Of a DNA stretch of 64,000 nucleotides, positions 23,171 through 36,941 are shown in pieces. The stretch covers positions 1,674,001 to 1,738,000 of the forward strand of contig MU004181.1 of assembly GCA_010093605.1 (NCBI GenBank). Direction: 5' to 3'. Both the position numbers and the translations under genes were made by a program. Position 1 is the first letter of the stretch. Each line of letters starts with the position of its first letter. Under the pieces are notes generated by a model. That model was not told where the DNA came from. It saw only the letters and a program-made list of their open reading frames with translations, and ran no database searches. Source of the stretch: Lophium mytilinum. Taxonomy: Eukaryota.

Positions 23171-23975
23171 GGGCTATCAAAAGCAATGGGCAACGGAGTA
23201 TTACTTGTCCCTGGCTAGGGGCACTGGGTCATGATAATGAATAGTGTATGATAAATAATGCAAGATGGCGGTCCCGTGACCGCAAGTGCTTTGTTGATTT
23301 CGACCATGGTAGCGCCAGCAGGTGACGTATGCTGCTTGCATCTAATTGATTATATTCAGTGTAGAACTCGACACGATTGCCATGAGAAACAAAGTAGAAT
23401 TGTCGTGAAATTCGAGTGCAAATTTCTCCCAGCGCTCGCAAACCGTGTCCTCAGCGAGCTTGATCGACGACACACGTGACGGCGCTGTTTGGCGGTGCAA
23501 ACGGCTGGGCTGCGTGATCGCTCGAGTTGGACGACACGGTGGTGGCAGCGTGATTCGCCGATTGCTCGGAGCCGTGGTTGATATATATATTATTGCCAGG
23601 TCGACTCTGCATCTGTGGCCCGTCGCTGTTTGGCCGTGGCACTCTGGAGACGAGTTCGCTGCCCACTGAAACCCAGCCTTCCCACGACGCGTTGTTTTCC
23701 AGCTTCTTTCTTTACCTGCCGCCGCTCGGCTCATCCCCTCATCTCAACACCACTCCTGCCTGCGACGCCCGACCCGCCGCCCAGCATCTCGCCAGCCTGC
23801 ATTGGCATCTGGCCCTCTCCGTGAGTCTCTTGTCCCATCCGGTCGCCTGATCCGCCGTGCGAAGACCGCGGCCGCCCGGCACAGTGCGCAAAAGTTTCAA
23901 CCTCCGCGCGCGCTCGACAACCCCCTCCGGCCTTGTCACTAACCTCTTCAAGCTGCACCGCAGTCTACATGCACG

Positions 23976-26614
23976 ATGCCGCCCTCTTCCAACAGAAAGT
24001 TGCGTTCCCGTAGGGAGCCTGACCCGCAACCGCCATCCGACGCCGACACGCCCGAGTCGATATCCACCCCCTCCAGGAAGCGCAGACGGGTATGTTTGAC
24101 GGCCGCCCTCTCCCATACACGCTGTAGACATGCCTCTGACCTGACTGCTAGTTGAACAACGGCGCCGATCGCACACCTGCCCTGGCTGAAGATGCCTCCC
24201 GCGCGCGCGTCACCGAATCCGCCCAGAGCGACGATTCCAACAGAACCCTCTCCAACGGACTCGATGCCGACCATCCAATGGACCCCATAGAGAAGCAGAA
24301 CACCTTGATCGCCCATCTCACCGTCCCAAAAGACTACCTGCCGCGCGCAGCTGTCGACTACAACAACGACTTGCAACAGCGCCGGAACCCAGGCACGACG
24401 CCCGCGTTTGCGAAAATCGCGGCCCGCGACTGGTGCTTCTTCGTCAATAAAATGTCAATCCTGATTGGAAGGGCAGACAACTCTCGGAATGCGGCCCCTG
24501 CCGGAGCGAAGGATGACCTGTCGGCGGCCCCTCCCAATGACGGCGCCGACCTATACGCGCAATGGGGGATTGACATCGACCTTGGTCCAGAGCGCCAGGT
24601 TTCCAGGGTGCACGCGCTCATCGACTACAGGTCAGAGATGCAGGCTTGGTACATTGCTGTGAACAGTCGGAATGGCCTCAAACTCGACGACAGGATGTTG
24701 GGTCGAGGGGAGTCGGCCATGCTTCACTCTGGCATCTGCATCTCCCTTATGGGCACCCAGATGCTGTTCCTCCTACCGGATGCCAAGGACGAGTTCCATC
24801 CAATGCTCCAGCGCCAGGCCAGGTTGGGACATGAGCACGAAGACTCTGATGGCGGCAGACGTGCGGCTCGTCGACAACAGCCACCCTCAAGTCATCACCC
24901 TTCTTCTCCAAAGCGGGAGCCCTTCAATCCGTTTCCGCCATCTTCTCATCCGCGCAACCAGCAGCACTCCTATCACAGCAGCCAGTTGACATCGACTCCA
25001 GGTCGTGGTCAACTAAGCACCCCAGTTGCCCCTCGCTCCGGAGGGAAGGAACCACGTAGCCGGCCATCCCCCTCCGGCTACCCGAAAGGCATACTGTTGG
25101 ATTCTATGGAAGAGATCGACTACAGCTTGGACTCGTCTAAGGATATCAAACCCCCTCACAGCTATGCGCAATTGATTGGACAGGCAATCTTGAATAGCCA
25201 GGAGGAAATGCTGACTCTAGCAAACATATATGCCTATATCAAAGAGAAATATGCTTTCTTCCGACATAGCACTGGTGGTTGGCAGGTTGGTCATACAAGC
25301 TGTCCCTGATATCACTCCATACTGACTCATTCATTAGAACTCTATCCGGCATAACCTATCTCTTGCCAAGTCTTTCGAGAAAGTGGCCCGACGAACCGAC
25401 GAGCCAGGGAAAGGCATGAAATGGCGTATCGCAGACGAATACCGTGACGACTTTGTCAAGAAGACTCTAATGAGTACCCGCAAGGGTCAGGCCCGGATGG
25501 ACTCTTCTGGGCCTAACTCTCCTGCGATCAAGGAAGCGGCTTCGACGCACGCAACAGAACGCCTGATGGGAGCCATCAACCAGAGCGACGGCATTAGCCC
25601 CTTCTCAAAGCATGGAATCAGCGCTGCTCGCGTGAAAACTCCTCAGAGATCACAGACTCCTCCGCTGGCTTCCTATCCCTCTACGAACGATGCATATACC
25701 CCTGATCGAGGACCTAATCTACAGCAATTCGGCGGGCATCACCCCAACACATCTAATGGAGCGCATATGCAGACCACACCTAACCCAAAGCGTGACCCTC
25801 CGGTGCTTGATCAAGATGCTCGAACGAAGAGTGGAGAGGGCAGCAAACCCTTGGAAAACCCAGCCTCTCGCCAAGATGCTTCCAGCAAAACACGGGGTTT
25901 GAACAATGCGGCTGCCAATTCGCCGCCCACGCTCTACTCCGATTCCGCAGCAAATGGCGGTGCGGATCTTGGCCGACCCGGCAATGCTGGGCTGGTTACC
26001 CCTCTAGTAGCACGCCATGCACCACGCCTAGCTCCTCCGAGCACAGCTCAAGTCCCCAGCCAATATATCAATTTCTCGAGTCCGGCCGCTTTCTGGAAGT
26101 ATATGCCCAGCACGCCCGCAGGAGCCCCTAACATCGATACCAGCCCTATCAAGATGAAGAAGCCCGATGAGGCTGCTGAGGGCGCAGACGAAGAATCTGC
26201 CCAACCGAGCTCGCCTCCCGTGATGTTTGACGATAAAGACAAAAACGACGAAGAGGATGAGGACGACAATGAAGCCGACGGTGACGATGGCGAAGACGAA
26301 ATCGAGATGAACAGCCCGAGTCGTACTTTGTCGAGACCAGTCAGCCGACGTGACGGAGCTCGGGATCGCATCTCGGAACCGATACCAGCTGTGCCGAATG
26401 GACTGCGTAGCTCGAATGGCATGGTTCGAGGCGCCAGTCTTGCGGTTCAGGACGACGATGACACGGAGGGCATCGACCTGACCAAGTGAGTTCACTATTT
26501 CCTTTCCTTTCTCCATAGTACAAGGGACCAACAAACTACAGAGGATTCCAAAAGATCGGCAGCTTCCATCGCAACATGGCGCAGCAGAACCAAGGCGTCG
26601 TTCGGGCTCCTTGA
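23976..26614 (+). CDS. FKH2: FHA-domain forkhead transcription factor (Fkh1/Fkh2/Sep1-like; 4 exons)
   Basis: FHA motifs AFAKIAARDWCFFV, IGR, DLGPERQVSRVHA, NSRNG; forkhead KPPHSYAQLIGQAI...WQ|NSIRHNLSL...RRTDEPGKGMKW. Confidence 0.9.
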
Positions 26615-27559
26615 AGAAAGATTACTGCCTTACCATTTCCGGATCTTGTTTTCTCTTAGCAGAGTTTACGACATGTCTTAATCTGGCCTGTATCCACTCC
26701 ACTCCGCTCGCTCGAATCTACACACTCCGCTCACTCTACGCGCGGGGGAGAACCAGGCTTGGAATCGGATCGGATCGGATAGGATAGACATTGGTGGACG
26801 CCATTCAGTGTCGCTAGATTGGGGAGACAACTAGAGCTTTAGTTGGGTACGGCATACCAGTAAAACGGGCTTCTCATAACTCGACAACCCTACCTTCCAC
26901 CAGTGTTAAAGTGTATTATCAGTTCTTGTTTCTTGCTTCTTTCTCTTCTGTTCTTCCCTATTTGTGGTTTTACGAGAGGTTGTCGCAGTCATGCTTTGCC
27001 CAATGTACGCTTCGCTCTCGCACTCTACGGGGTGGCGGCGTCATGGGTTGCATTTCTGGGAACTGACTTTTATTTTTCCTTCTTCGAGGGGTTCTATTTG
27101 CATTATCTGGATCGGTGGCTTACTTGCTCTTTGAGGGAATGGAGTTGAGGGATAGGGGGTTTGGGGAGTCTGGGTTTTATGTGTTATGTTATGCATTCAT
27201 GCCTCTCTTTCGTGGTGTCTTGATTCATTGTGAGTGGGTGTACTGCCGTAGTAGTAGTAAGTAAACGGGTAATCAGAATTGAATCTGCTTTCAAACCTCT
27301 TTGAGATTGCATGTGACGCGATGTGCTGAGTTACCATACAACACCACCTAGCATTTGAATTAACACCCAGCACGCTCCTATCCCTCTCCCTCTCAGCATA
27401 TCACATATCAATCTCCTCACTCACAGCCACCCATACTCGTGCCTGGTCATGTTATTGTGTTCAACCCGATGTCATTCTTCATTCCCTGCCTCGCATTCCT
27501 ACTCCGCTTATGATATATATATACACAACACCGGCCCCGCGCACACATCGATTCTCGAA

Positions 27560-28267
27560 TCAGTTGATCTCCTTATGCGGCAACCACTTCGGCTTCTTGA
27601 TATTCTTCTCCTCCATCGGCGCGTCCAGTAAGCCCAGCCGCCGGATCTGCGCCGCGCTCGGGGCGTCGTCGCGCGCTTGTGCGGCTTGCTGCTTGCGGTA
27701 GGCGGTTTGGATTGCTAGGGTGCGGGCGGCCTTACACAAAAACTCCTAATTAGCTTTCTTCTCTTTGTCAATTCGTATGGGGTGGGATTGTGGAATGTCC
27801 GGCCGCGTCGGCCTTTAGAGCATTTGTGTCTTTTGTAGAGAAAGGGTATGGTGGTGCATGTGTTTGGCCGAGTGTGGGTTAGGATGCGGAGAGAGGGATG
27901 GGAGGGTAGAGTGATGCGGGCGGCGTACCTCCTTCTTATGGTGCAAGCACTCGTAGTAGTCCTCGAGTGCGGGCGCGCATTTTGCTTTTCCAGAGTCGTC
28001 CGAGGGCGACGTGTTAGAGACGTAGCAGGCGAGGACTTCTTGCCAGAAGGGGAAACAGCGGGAGGGTCCTGTGGCCCCGAGAATTAGTTAGTACTGCTTC
28101 AATTGTATGCTGTTGGCGGGTGTATATGCGGGCATGGGAGCTCTCGGGTGAGTGGTAGATTCCGGGTTGGAGGGCCGGGATCTTGTTCAGGCGGGTGGTT
28201 TGAGGAAGGGGTGCGCAATTGGGAGGAGGAGGGACGTACCGCCTGCTAGACCGTATCCTGAAGCCAT
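27560..28267 (-). CDS. NDUFS5: Complex I accessory subunit NDUFS5-like (twin CX9C; 3 exons; not in the ORF track)
   Basis: Spliced translation MASGYGLAGGPSRCFPFWQEVLACYVSNTSPSDDSGKAKCAPALEDYYECLHHKKEAARTLAIQTAYRK...HKEIN*. Confidence 0.88.
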
Positions 28268-28590
28268 TGTGGGGTTGGTGGTTGTGGAGGGGGAGCTGTT
28301 GGAGGGAGAGGTGCGTAAGGTTGGAGGTTGAAAGTTTGGGTTACGTAAGGGGGCTTGGAGAGCTCTGATTGGAGGGGTTGTGTCTGCACATCTAACGTCA
28401 AAGTTACACGCCTAGGTAGGATAGTAGCAACTTAAAGGCATATTTGTAGTGAGAGCAGATCATGGATGTAGTCATCTTATTGCTTCATGTTCAGTGTCTA
28501 CTGCCTAGATCATTGGAAGATATCCAAACCTTTTGAGGTCATGAAGTAACTAGAGGTACCACAATTCCCATTCCATGCTTTCCTGTAATC

Positions 28591-30213
28591 TTACAAAAAC
28601 CATCGGAACTCATCAACGTTCGGTCCATCTTTCAACCTCTCGGTCGGCACATCACTTGCTGTTAACCTAACTCCCCCCTTCCTGTTTCTCCTTGCATTAT
28701 CAAAGATCATGTACGTGCCCAACAGCAGCGTTATGGCACAACCGCAAGCTCCAAAGGCCGCCGTGGTCCCCAATGCCGGAATATACTTGGGTGCATCCTG
28801 CGGACGGAAGATATTGCTGCTGACGACTCCCATGAGATTGGCCAGCGGAACACCAACACTAGTCAGGGTGACGCGGCGGCCCTCGTGGGCAACGTTGTTG
28901 TTATACCAGGTGGAGAGAAGGACAGACGGAGCTGAAGTGCCCCAGGTCATCATAAAACAGGCGAAGTAGGCCACATGGATGCTATGCTCGACATCGATGG
29001 TGGCGTAGATGATGAATCCCACGAAAGTGAACAGGAAACCCAGCGCAATGAACGGGAATCTGATCCTTGCAAAATCGCTCGAGAAGGCGAGGATGAGAAG
29101 CATAGCTGCGCCAGTAATGTTCGGAGCCACGGTATAGAGGTTGGTTTTGACTTTGCTGTACCCCAGCCGGGCGACGATTTGTGGCAGGAAGAGTGAAACG
29201 GATTGCAGCGGCACGCCGAGACAGATTTCGATAGCCAAGAAACCGTACGTTACGGGCATTTTGAAGATTTTGAGCGCCTCCTTCAAGTCGAATGGTTCGT
29301 TGACGATTGAAGAGCTGTCCATCTGGATGCGCATGTATGCGGTATGCTTCTCCTCCTCGGACAAAAATTTGGCCTCCGAGGCGGACTTAGGGAGATATAT
29401 GAAGGCTATGACGGAGACTGCAGCTTGTGTTAGATGGCGGTCTGTGATCCGGTCTTGTATATTGGGCGGTTAAACGGCTCAATTTTGCGAAGAGGAGGTA
29501 ATGGACATTTATGCATAGGGTGACACCAGGAGAATAACATGATACTTACAAAGGACCGTGAAAGCACCTTCAATGAGGAAGAGGTACCTCCAGCCATCAA
29601 GATGAGACTTGATCTGGAAGACACCAAACGCCAACAAACCACTGAAGGCGTTGGCGATGTTCGAAGCCGCGTAAAAGATGGCCAAGCGCCTGGCCAGTTC
29701 GCCTCTACGGTAGAACGTGGTCAAGTAATAAATGACCAACGGGAAGAAGGCAGATTCGGCCATGCCCAAAAACCACCTGAGGGTAATCATGCCCGCGAAG
29801 TTGCTGACCGACGCACCCAATAAGGTGAAGCTTCCAAAGCAGAACATCATAATAGGGAGTGCTCTATGCGCGCCAAATCTCTTCCCGGCCATGGCAAACG
29901 GTGGCGCAAAGATGACATAGGGGATATAGAAGATGGACAAAATCAAGTTGTACTGGTTACTCTTGAAATGTAGGTCCTTCTCGAAGCCATCCGTCTTTGC
30001 ATTGCCAAGATTGCCTTTGTCGAGAGCATTGCAGAGATACATCAGCGCCAACATAGGCAGGATGCGCAGATCGAACTTCAGCACTAGGGCCTTCTCATGC
30101 TCGTAGGTAGGGAGGTGATGCACCTCGCCTGACACTCCGGTTGCGTCCTTGAGAGAGGATTGGGTAGAGGAGACCTTGATGCCCTCCTTGGCGATTTCAG
30201 GGTCGGCGGCCAT
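28591..30213 (-). CDS. MFS transporter, anion:cation symporter (Dal5/Tna1-like) family
   Basis: KFDLRILP, LDKGNLGNAK, RWFLGMAES, FYRRGELARR, GWRYLFLIEG, APKY, C-terminal FRWFL; about 12 TM segments; one intron near 29422-29548. Confidence 0.92.
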
Positions 30214-31355
30214 GGTGATTGACGGAGGGGCTTGACGGAAGGGGAAAGCGAGTCCTGGAGACGAGGGGAGGAGGAGAGGAAAGGGAGGAAAAGCGGCCCA
30301 GATCAGGACATTTGTAAAGAGCAGCAGCAGACCTTATCAAGAAGACAAAGTGTTCAGTCAAAAGAAACACTCACAACAGTGGAGTATGGCACGCAGGATG
30401 CATGGCAGGATGACCTGCAACATGCTGAGGAGCAGTAAGGCCGGCTCTAAGTGATGCAACCCAAGGCGGTGGCCATTCGGATGGCGCATAGGTGGGAGAG
30501 GATCTCCACAGTCGACCCGGCAAAGGCTGGGCCAAGGCTGGGTCACGGGCGCCGGGCTCGCAAGATGGTGCCGAACATAGCGCTGATTGGGCGCAAAGCC
30601 GTCGGTTCTGGGTGAGAAACATGGGGGAAGCCGATAAGAGCTGGGTCGTCCCAGCGCCTCAAGCAAGGGTCAATTCTGGGGTCACGATCCGTTCGCCGTT
30701 ATGCCCGCCCGAAGAAGCGCGCAGCAGCACTGTGGCACCGCGACCATTGAATAGTGGCATGTTTCCTGTGAGTGCTCCCAGCCGCTGACGACGGCTGGCC
30801 AGATCGGCGGCAGCAGCAGGATAGAGGTTTGTGTATCTGTTCTGGCCATCTCTCAGGGTCCATGATTGGCATTGCTTGATTTCGCCGTTATCTCGACCCC
30901 ATGCAGCCGACGTCAACGGCTACCCGCCGAGCGCACATCAGGCACTCTCTATCAACATCACGCGTCTCCAATCAGCGCGGGGGCGAGATACGTGAAGTAT
31001 CAAATGTTTCAATTGGGAGCACCCCGTCTCTACCACTATATCCGACCCTCTATCTAACCGAGACCCTGCTATTCATACAGCCCAAGTACAGTAAAGGGAA
31101 TCTTTTGCGCGCAGCTGTCTCGCAGCTAGCTCTGGTAGGCTCCGGGCGATCGTCCATAATAGGGAACCCGACCATCTTTCTCCAAACGCCATGGGGTATC
31201 CAACCTGGGGGACCAATGGGCTTTTAAACGCCCGTGATTACATAGGAAATGACAATGAGTGTGGGCCGAAGAAGGCTCGCCTATCCATGAGGCTATTGAG
31301 GGCGTGGCGTGACGACTTGAACATGCTCTTCGAAGCAGTGAGAAGTGGCCTTCAC

Positions 31356-32993
31356 CTATTGTGTGTCGGTCGCCTTGTCCTTGCCGTTGTGTTGGTGCAA
31401 GAGGTTTGGCCTCCACTTGGCCACGTTGCTGACGTTGAAATGGAGAGGCTCTTTCGGGCCCTTCTCGCGCACTGTTATCTTCCTCTTCGATCTGCCCGAG
31501 ATGTACACGGGTGCCGATGACGAGCCCGAGCCGCTCAAGGACGGCATCGACGCCTTCTTGTGCATCCTTGGCTTCTTGTCTCGGTGCTCGTCATCGGAGC
31601 CCTCCGTCTCGAAGCTTCGGAGACTGCTGCGCTCCGACGAGTACGTTGTTGTTGCAGTGCTCGTCCGTTCCACTCGCGATAGCATCGACGCCGAGTCAGC
31701 CAGAACGTCTAGCTTGGACGGAGTTCTGTCGATGCTTGCGCGGCTGAGACGCGACGAGTACGGTGGAGGATCCTGCTGGTAGTCGTACATGAGCTCCGTG
31801 TCTAAGCTCTTGAAACCACTAATAGAGCCGTCAAGCTCTTCGTCGTGGTTCCAGCACTGCTCATCCGCGCCCAGAACAGCGGTAAGAAATCGGATCTCGT
31901 GCCATGTGGCGTCTTCAAACTGCAGTGCAATGTAGAGGACGTCACCCAGCATCTTGTCGTGTGCAATGCAGTGATCCTCCAAAAAGGGGTAATCCCACAC
32001 GTCCCTCATGCAGAATTCGCTGGGCAGCTGGCTCAAGGCCATGCGTCCGAAGGGTTCGTCGTCAGGGCGGTGTCCGGACATCGGCATCCATGAACGTCCT
32101 CGGAGAATGCCCTTGAATGAAGCCTCAATAACATTTACAAAAGTGCCGCTGTCTTGGCTGGAGAAGTCTAGGGTCTGCTGAAGATTTCGCGATTGACATC
32201 GCCGGTACCCGTTGCTATCGGGATCGTATGCGAATCGCTGTGTCCTCCGTGGCACAAATATGACACGAGTGCTCCACATCTGAGGGTACTTCTTCTCAGT
32301 CCGTATTGGCAGCTCGGAAATGGTCTGCATCTGCATCGGCTGAGGCAGTGGCGGAACGGGTGTTTGTGGTACTATGGGTGTCTGCTTCGGTGTCTGGGCA
32401 GGCTGGACCACTGGTGTCATGGATCTCGACATGCTGCCTCTTCCAAACTCTAGCCTCTCAACTCTGTCTTCCAGCGACATGGCTGACTCGTCCACTATTA
32501 TCAGCCTCTCCTGCACTGCCTTGATCTCGTTGTGGCATTCCTGCGTCTTGTCCACCACGGCTTCAACCTTGTCGTCGAGATGCACCTTGAGGAAACGCAT
32601 GTTGTTGTACAGCCTCTCCTCAATGCCCTTCCACATCCGCTCCCGGTCCTCTCGCATCATCTTCTCCCTGGCCAGCTCTTGTTCAATTACCCCGAATCTC
32701 TTCAACTCCTCTCGTAACCTCTTGACTTCCTCCACTACTTCAATGTGGTCCTGCAACGAGACGGAAGCCAGGGGCTGGGCCTCATGGCTCCATGCCTGAT
32801 GGCCGCATCCGCAGCGGGAGCGGACGACAGAGTCGGGATAGAAACTGCGGCACTGGCAGCGCTGGCGGCCTCCGTTGGCGTGGTCAGGCTCGGGCAGGAT
32901 GAAGCCACATTCTCCCCTGGGCAGCTGGGGCTCGTGGTCCTGCTGCGGCTTCCCAGGGAGGTGGACGAGGGATTGCGAATTGTTAGAGAACAT
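31356..32993 (-). CDS. Uncharacterised 545-aa protein: N-terminal Cys/His cluster, coiled coil, globular middle domain
   Basis: Long intronless ORF with protein-like composition; C-x15-CxCxxF-x8-CxCGHxxxxH motif followed by a heptad-rich segment. Confidence 0.8.
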   Translation of the reverse strand: MFSNNSQSLVHLPGKPQQDHEPQLPRGECGFILPEPDHANGGRQRCQCRSFYPDSVVRSRCGCGHQAWSHEAQPLASVSLQDHIEVVEEVKRLREELKRFGVIEQELAREKMMREDRERMWKGIEERLYNNMRFLKVHLDDKVEAVVDKTQECHNEIKAVQERLIIVDESAMSLEDRVERLEFGRGSMSRSMTPVVQPAQTPKQTPIVPQTPVPPLPQPMQMQTISELPIRTEKKYPQMWSTRVIFVPRRTQRFAYDPDSNGYRRCQSRNLQQTLDFSSQDSGTFVNVIEASFKGILRGRSWMPMSGHRPDDEPFGRMALSQLPSEFCMRDVWDYPFLEDHCIAHDKMLGDVLYIALQFEDATWHEIRFLTAVLGADEQCWNHDEELDGSISGFKSLDTELMYDYQQDPPPYSSRLSRASIDRTPSKLDVLADSASMLSRVERTSTATTTYSSERSSLRSFETEGSDDEHRDKKPRMHKKASMPSLSGSGSSSAPVYISGRSKRKITVREKGPKEPLHFNVSNVAKWRPNLLHQHNGKDKATDTQ

Positions 32994-35900
32994 CTATGGC
33001 AGCAGACCTCGGGGCGCGGTCTGAGGGTGGGTGCTGTGAAGCGGATGGGCGCATGAAGACCGACAAGATAGGCAGCGGGCTCGCAGCGTAGTGGAGGGCA
33101 GCAGAGGATGTAGGCGGCAGGGGTCGGGAAAAGATCCGCTGGTGCAGGTCAGTGGGGAGCGGGCTATATAGAAGAGGGACAAGCGGGAGCCATGAGGCTA
33201 GGAGATATTGTACGCACCAGATAAGGCAGCGGGCTCGCGAGGGGCCAAACAGGGACGGCAGGAGTGGGCGGGAGCATCCGCCGGGCGCAGATTGGCGTGG
33301 CCGCGTGCTGGAGGAAGCTGTCGGGGCCGCTGGGGGGGTTGTTGGGGAGAATGGGGGTTCGGTCACTGTGCTGTGGGCGCGAGAGGTTCTTTGGGTCTTC
33401 AACAACGACGCAGGGCTGGACAGGCACTGCGTTTCTTTTGAGCAGCGGGCTAGCTCCCGCGCTGGGGTGGGCGACGGGCAGCCCTGTCAGACGGGCGTGA
33501 GGGCATGGCAGCGCAGGTGGAGCAGGTGGAGCGTGTGGGAGTGCCGAAAGGGCTCCGACAGTCTGCCAAAAGATAAGGACTTGGGACGCTTGGGCGGCAG
33601 TTGAGCGCACAGCGGAGGCACGGCCATGGGAATGGTCGCGCAGGGCGTGGGGTGTTTGGCGCTTTGGCAAGGCACAGGCTGCGAAAAGAGGTGAGATTGC
33701 TCTGGGACTGGGCTGATCGCCGCCGCAGAGCAGCGCCTGGGGGCCTGCATGCGATTGAATCGAGCATCGCGGCTCCCTGTCGCAGTAGTCAGTCTGTCCT
33801 GTGTCCGTCTGTGGCCGTCTGCGGCCAGCTGGTGGTTCCGAATCCTCACATATCAAAGTGCCAGCATCGACGTCTGGCGCAACGACCCCACACGCCAATG
33901 AGGAGGGCGACGGAAGCTCCGGTGGTGCTTGGACCTATCGGGCCCGATGCGGCACAGGTCTCGGTGAGGATGCTGGAGTCCAGACTCTCGCGCTCTGGCT
34001 GTCGGCGATGGCGCTGTGGGAGGGCTGATGTTTGCGTGCGGTGCCGGGGCTGGCGGGCGCTGCGCCGTCGACGGTGCAGGTGGAATAAACCGCTTATCTG
34101 GCCGACCCCCCACACTTTGCAGGCGTTGCGCGCCCGGCCCTTCCCCTGACAAGCACTGGCCGGCGTCTCTCATTGGCTGCCGGGTTCGCGGTGCAAGTGT
34201 CTGCGGGACCGTGTGCGGCCATCAACCTTGGAATATGCCCATCAACCCGTGCTTCTGCTCACCAAGGGCCTTCACATGCGGGAGAGCAGCGGGGGTGGAG
34301 CGACGCGCCCGCGTCTGTGCGACGTTTGCCGGCACTGCTGTTGCGGAGGGCGGCAATACAATATTGATAGGGAGTGCGTGGTGGAGTGTCTGTATTTGAG
34401 GCTGGTGATATCTCCAGCCTCATCGCCGAGTCTTGCCCTCTCAGCCCCGACCTTCCGCCGACCACGACCAACTTTGGAACAGAGGCGGGCACGCTGTTGA
34501 CGATGAATTGAGAAATGGATTGCCGTGTTATGTGGAGAAGCCCAGCTGCTGGGCGGCGACAGCGCAGCGGACCGGCCTGTGTTGGTGATGGCTTGAGTCA
34601 TGCGGCTCTCGACAAGCACGCAACCGCTGCTTGGGCGCGCGTCATGAGTTGTTGAATCCCTCTGCAGATGATGCGAGAGAAGGGCCAGAGGCTGCAAAAC
34701 GTGGGAAATGCTTGGCGAGGGTTTCGCAGGGGGCCATTATCCACCAGCATTGCTCCGAACCATGGCCTGCCGGCACTGCAAAACCCAGAGGCGTCGTGAC
34801 CCTCGCCGCTGATTGACCAAAACCGCCACGCCCGGCTGCACTCGAAACCTGTGCTGCTGTGCACTTTGCAAACACCCTCCACGTCCTCGACCGCCCCTTT
34901 CGCTGCCCGATTCAGCCCGCTCCACACTCCCGGGCTCGTTCGTGATGCCGATGCGCACCCATCCCGCGCCCATGACTTTGGCCGAGTCACCCTTCTCCCA
35001 CGCAAGCACACCTCCCGTAACATCTCTGCGGCACCAATTTCTGCTCCGTCTCACCTCCGGCTGTCATCCGAAACCGTTATTCCAACAGTCTTCCCTCAAG
35101 GAGCGGATGAGCTATTGCATCTCGCAGATCCGTCGGGAGCATCTGTGGGGAACACGATCTCCACGCCTGGCGCCCGCTCGTCAGCTCTGCTTTCTTTTTT
35201 CTCTTCGCCCACCAGTGTGAGAAATCCTTCTCGAGGCCGTCCAATCACGCACATCGTAAGCCTCCTGTTAGCTTCCTCTGGCGTCAGGAACGTCCCGGTC
35301 CCACCCTAAACGCGGGAGAGGCGCCGTCACAGGAACCAGAGAAAAAGCAGACCCAGCCCAGCAGGGCGAGGGCGTGGAGATGCCCGCGCCAGTGCTATTC
35401 GGCCGCTGCAGCCAAAAGAACTGACAATCGTTCCGGCAGATCGTGGTGAAGCTTTCAAATCAACGAGGTGGATTTTCGAGATGAACATCTGCAATCAATA
35501 TCGATTTTGTCGTAAGTCCTCAAACGTCGGCACATCGACGACTATTGCCTCTTGACTTCAAGGTCGGGACCCTGCGTGGTCCAAACGTCAACAAAGTTTG
35601 CCTCCCGACCTTCACTTTTACGTTTTGGGTAAGATATGTGCCCCGTCCCCATCCTATGTTCTCACATTGGGGGGGGCCCAAGCAAGCTCTCACCAGCTTC
35701 CCTTCTAATGTTCCGCCAAGGTGAGCGTTCATGGGTGGTAGCAGAGGCCTCACAAGCATTGGTCTCATCTGCTCCTAGCTGTGCAATAGATGCAGGAAAG
35801 CCTCACACCCAACGACCTCCACGCTGATCTTATCTGTCTCTTAAACCGTTTGGGAAGCCGGCTACCTGAGCCTAAAAATACCGAGGCTCGTCTCGTTCTC

Positions 35901-36881
35901 GGATCTGATCCGACGGCATATCGCTGGTGCAAATCTCCCCCAAAAGGAAGGTCGTGTCGCGGTTAGCCACAGCTGGCTTGCGATAAAGCATCCAGCCTTC
36001 CTGCAGCCTCAGGCGCCACCAGTCTGGCCACACAGCCAAGCACTACATACCACCGTACAGGATGATCCCGACACCTTCGTCCCACGGCAGACATTAGCAT
36101 ATTTCCTTGGGTGCAGGTTGCACAGCGTGTTTTAAGATGGGTCAGAGCTGACCATAGCTGCCAAGAAGCACTGCAAAAAGAAAACATGGAGGAACCCCCA
36201 AGACTGCTGAGAACAACGGGAAGGAGGGCTGAAGTGGAATTACGTTCTCGACTTGCAAACTGCGACGATTGCCATATGGAGAGGTATGTCCGCATGCAGG
36301 CACCATCGCGGGTCGCCTGTTGCGCGTTTTCTTGTCTCATGTTTCCAGCGTGACGCAGCGTCCGCTATCTCTACGCCTAAGATCTTGATACGCAACGCCT
36401 ACTCATATTTCTATTGTCCTCCACGCCAAGGATGACCGTTCAGCTTATCCCATCCTGCCGGATGACAGAGAGTCTACTCAGTATGCGGGACCCCGCCGGA
36501 GCCATCGTCTGAACTCAGGAGACATGGCAGAATATGCCCTGATTACTATTCATCGCATTGCGTTAAGCCATCTGTAAAAAGAAACGAGCGGTAGGTTTCG
36601 TAGACTACATCTCTGTTCTCGCGGGTTATCTGATCCCCAACTCTCAGCATTTTGATCCTTACGTAAGTCTGCCGCAGTATTACTAGTAGCCGAATCGCGA
36701 TATCAATCCATCTTCAATCAGTAGTAACGGAGGGGTGTCACTTGCCAAGTGGCACTACTTTCGGTTTCTCAACTTAAACAAAGGTTCAGTCATCCGCCTC
36801 ATCTAGTCGTCTCTTCTAATCGGCATCACACGGTCAGTTCTGTAATCTCTTGCATTTACTTAGGACAGTACGTCCCAACGA

Positions 36882-36941
36882 CCTCTGCGTCTCCCTCTGC
36901 GTCTCCCTCTGCGTCTCCCTCTGTGTCCCCCTCTACGTCCT
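36882..36941. repeat. 12-bp minisatellite (CCTCTGCGTCTC x3 plus 2 degenerate copies)
   Basis: Read directly; the minus strand would encode EGDA repeats. Confidence 0.85.

Noticed and set aside
27731..28238. Relatively long NDUFS5 introns as snoRNA hosts
   Set aside because: No convincing C/D or H/ACA box arrangement could be read.
33000..35310. Dense stack of 60-244-aa ORFs on both strands
   Set aside because: Expected by chance in GC-rich DNA; Arg/Pro/Ala-rich, with no domain or splice pattern.
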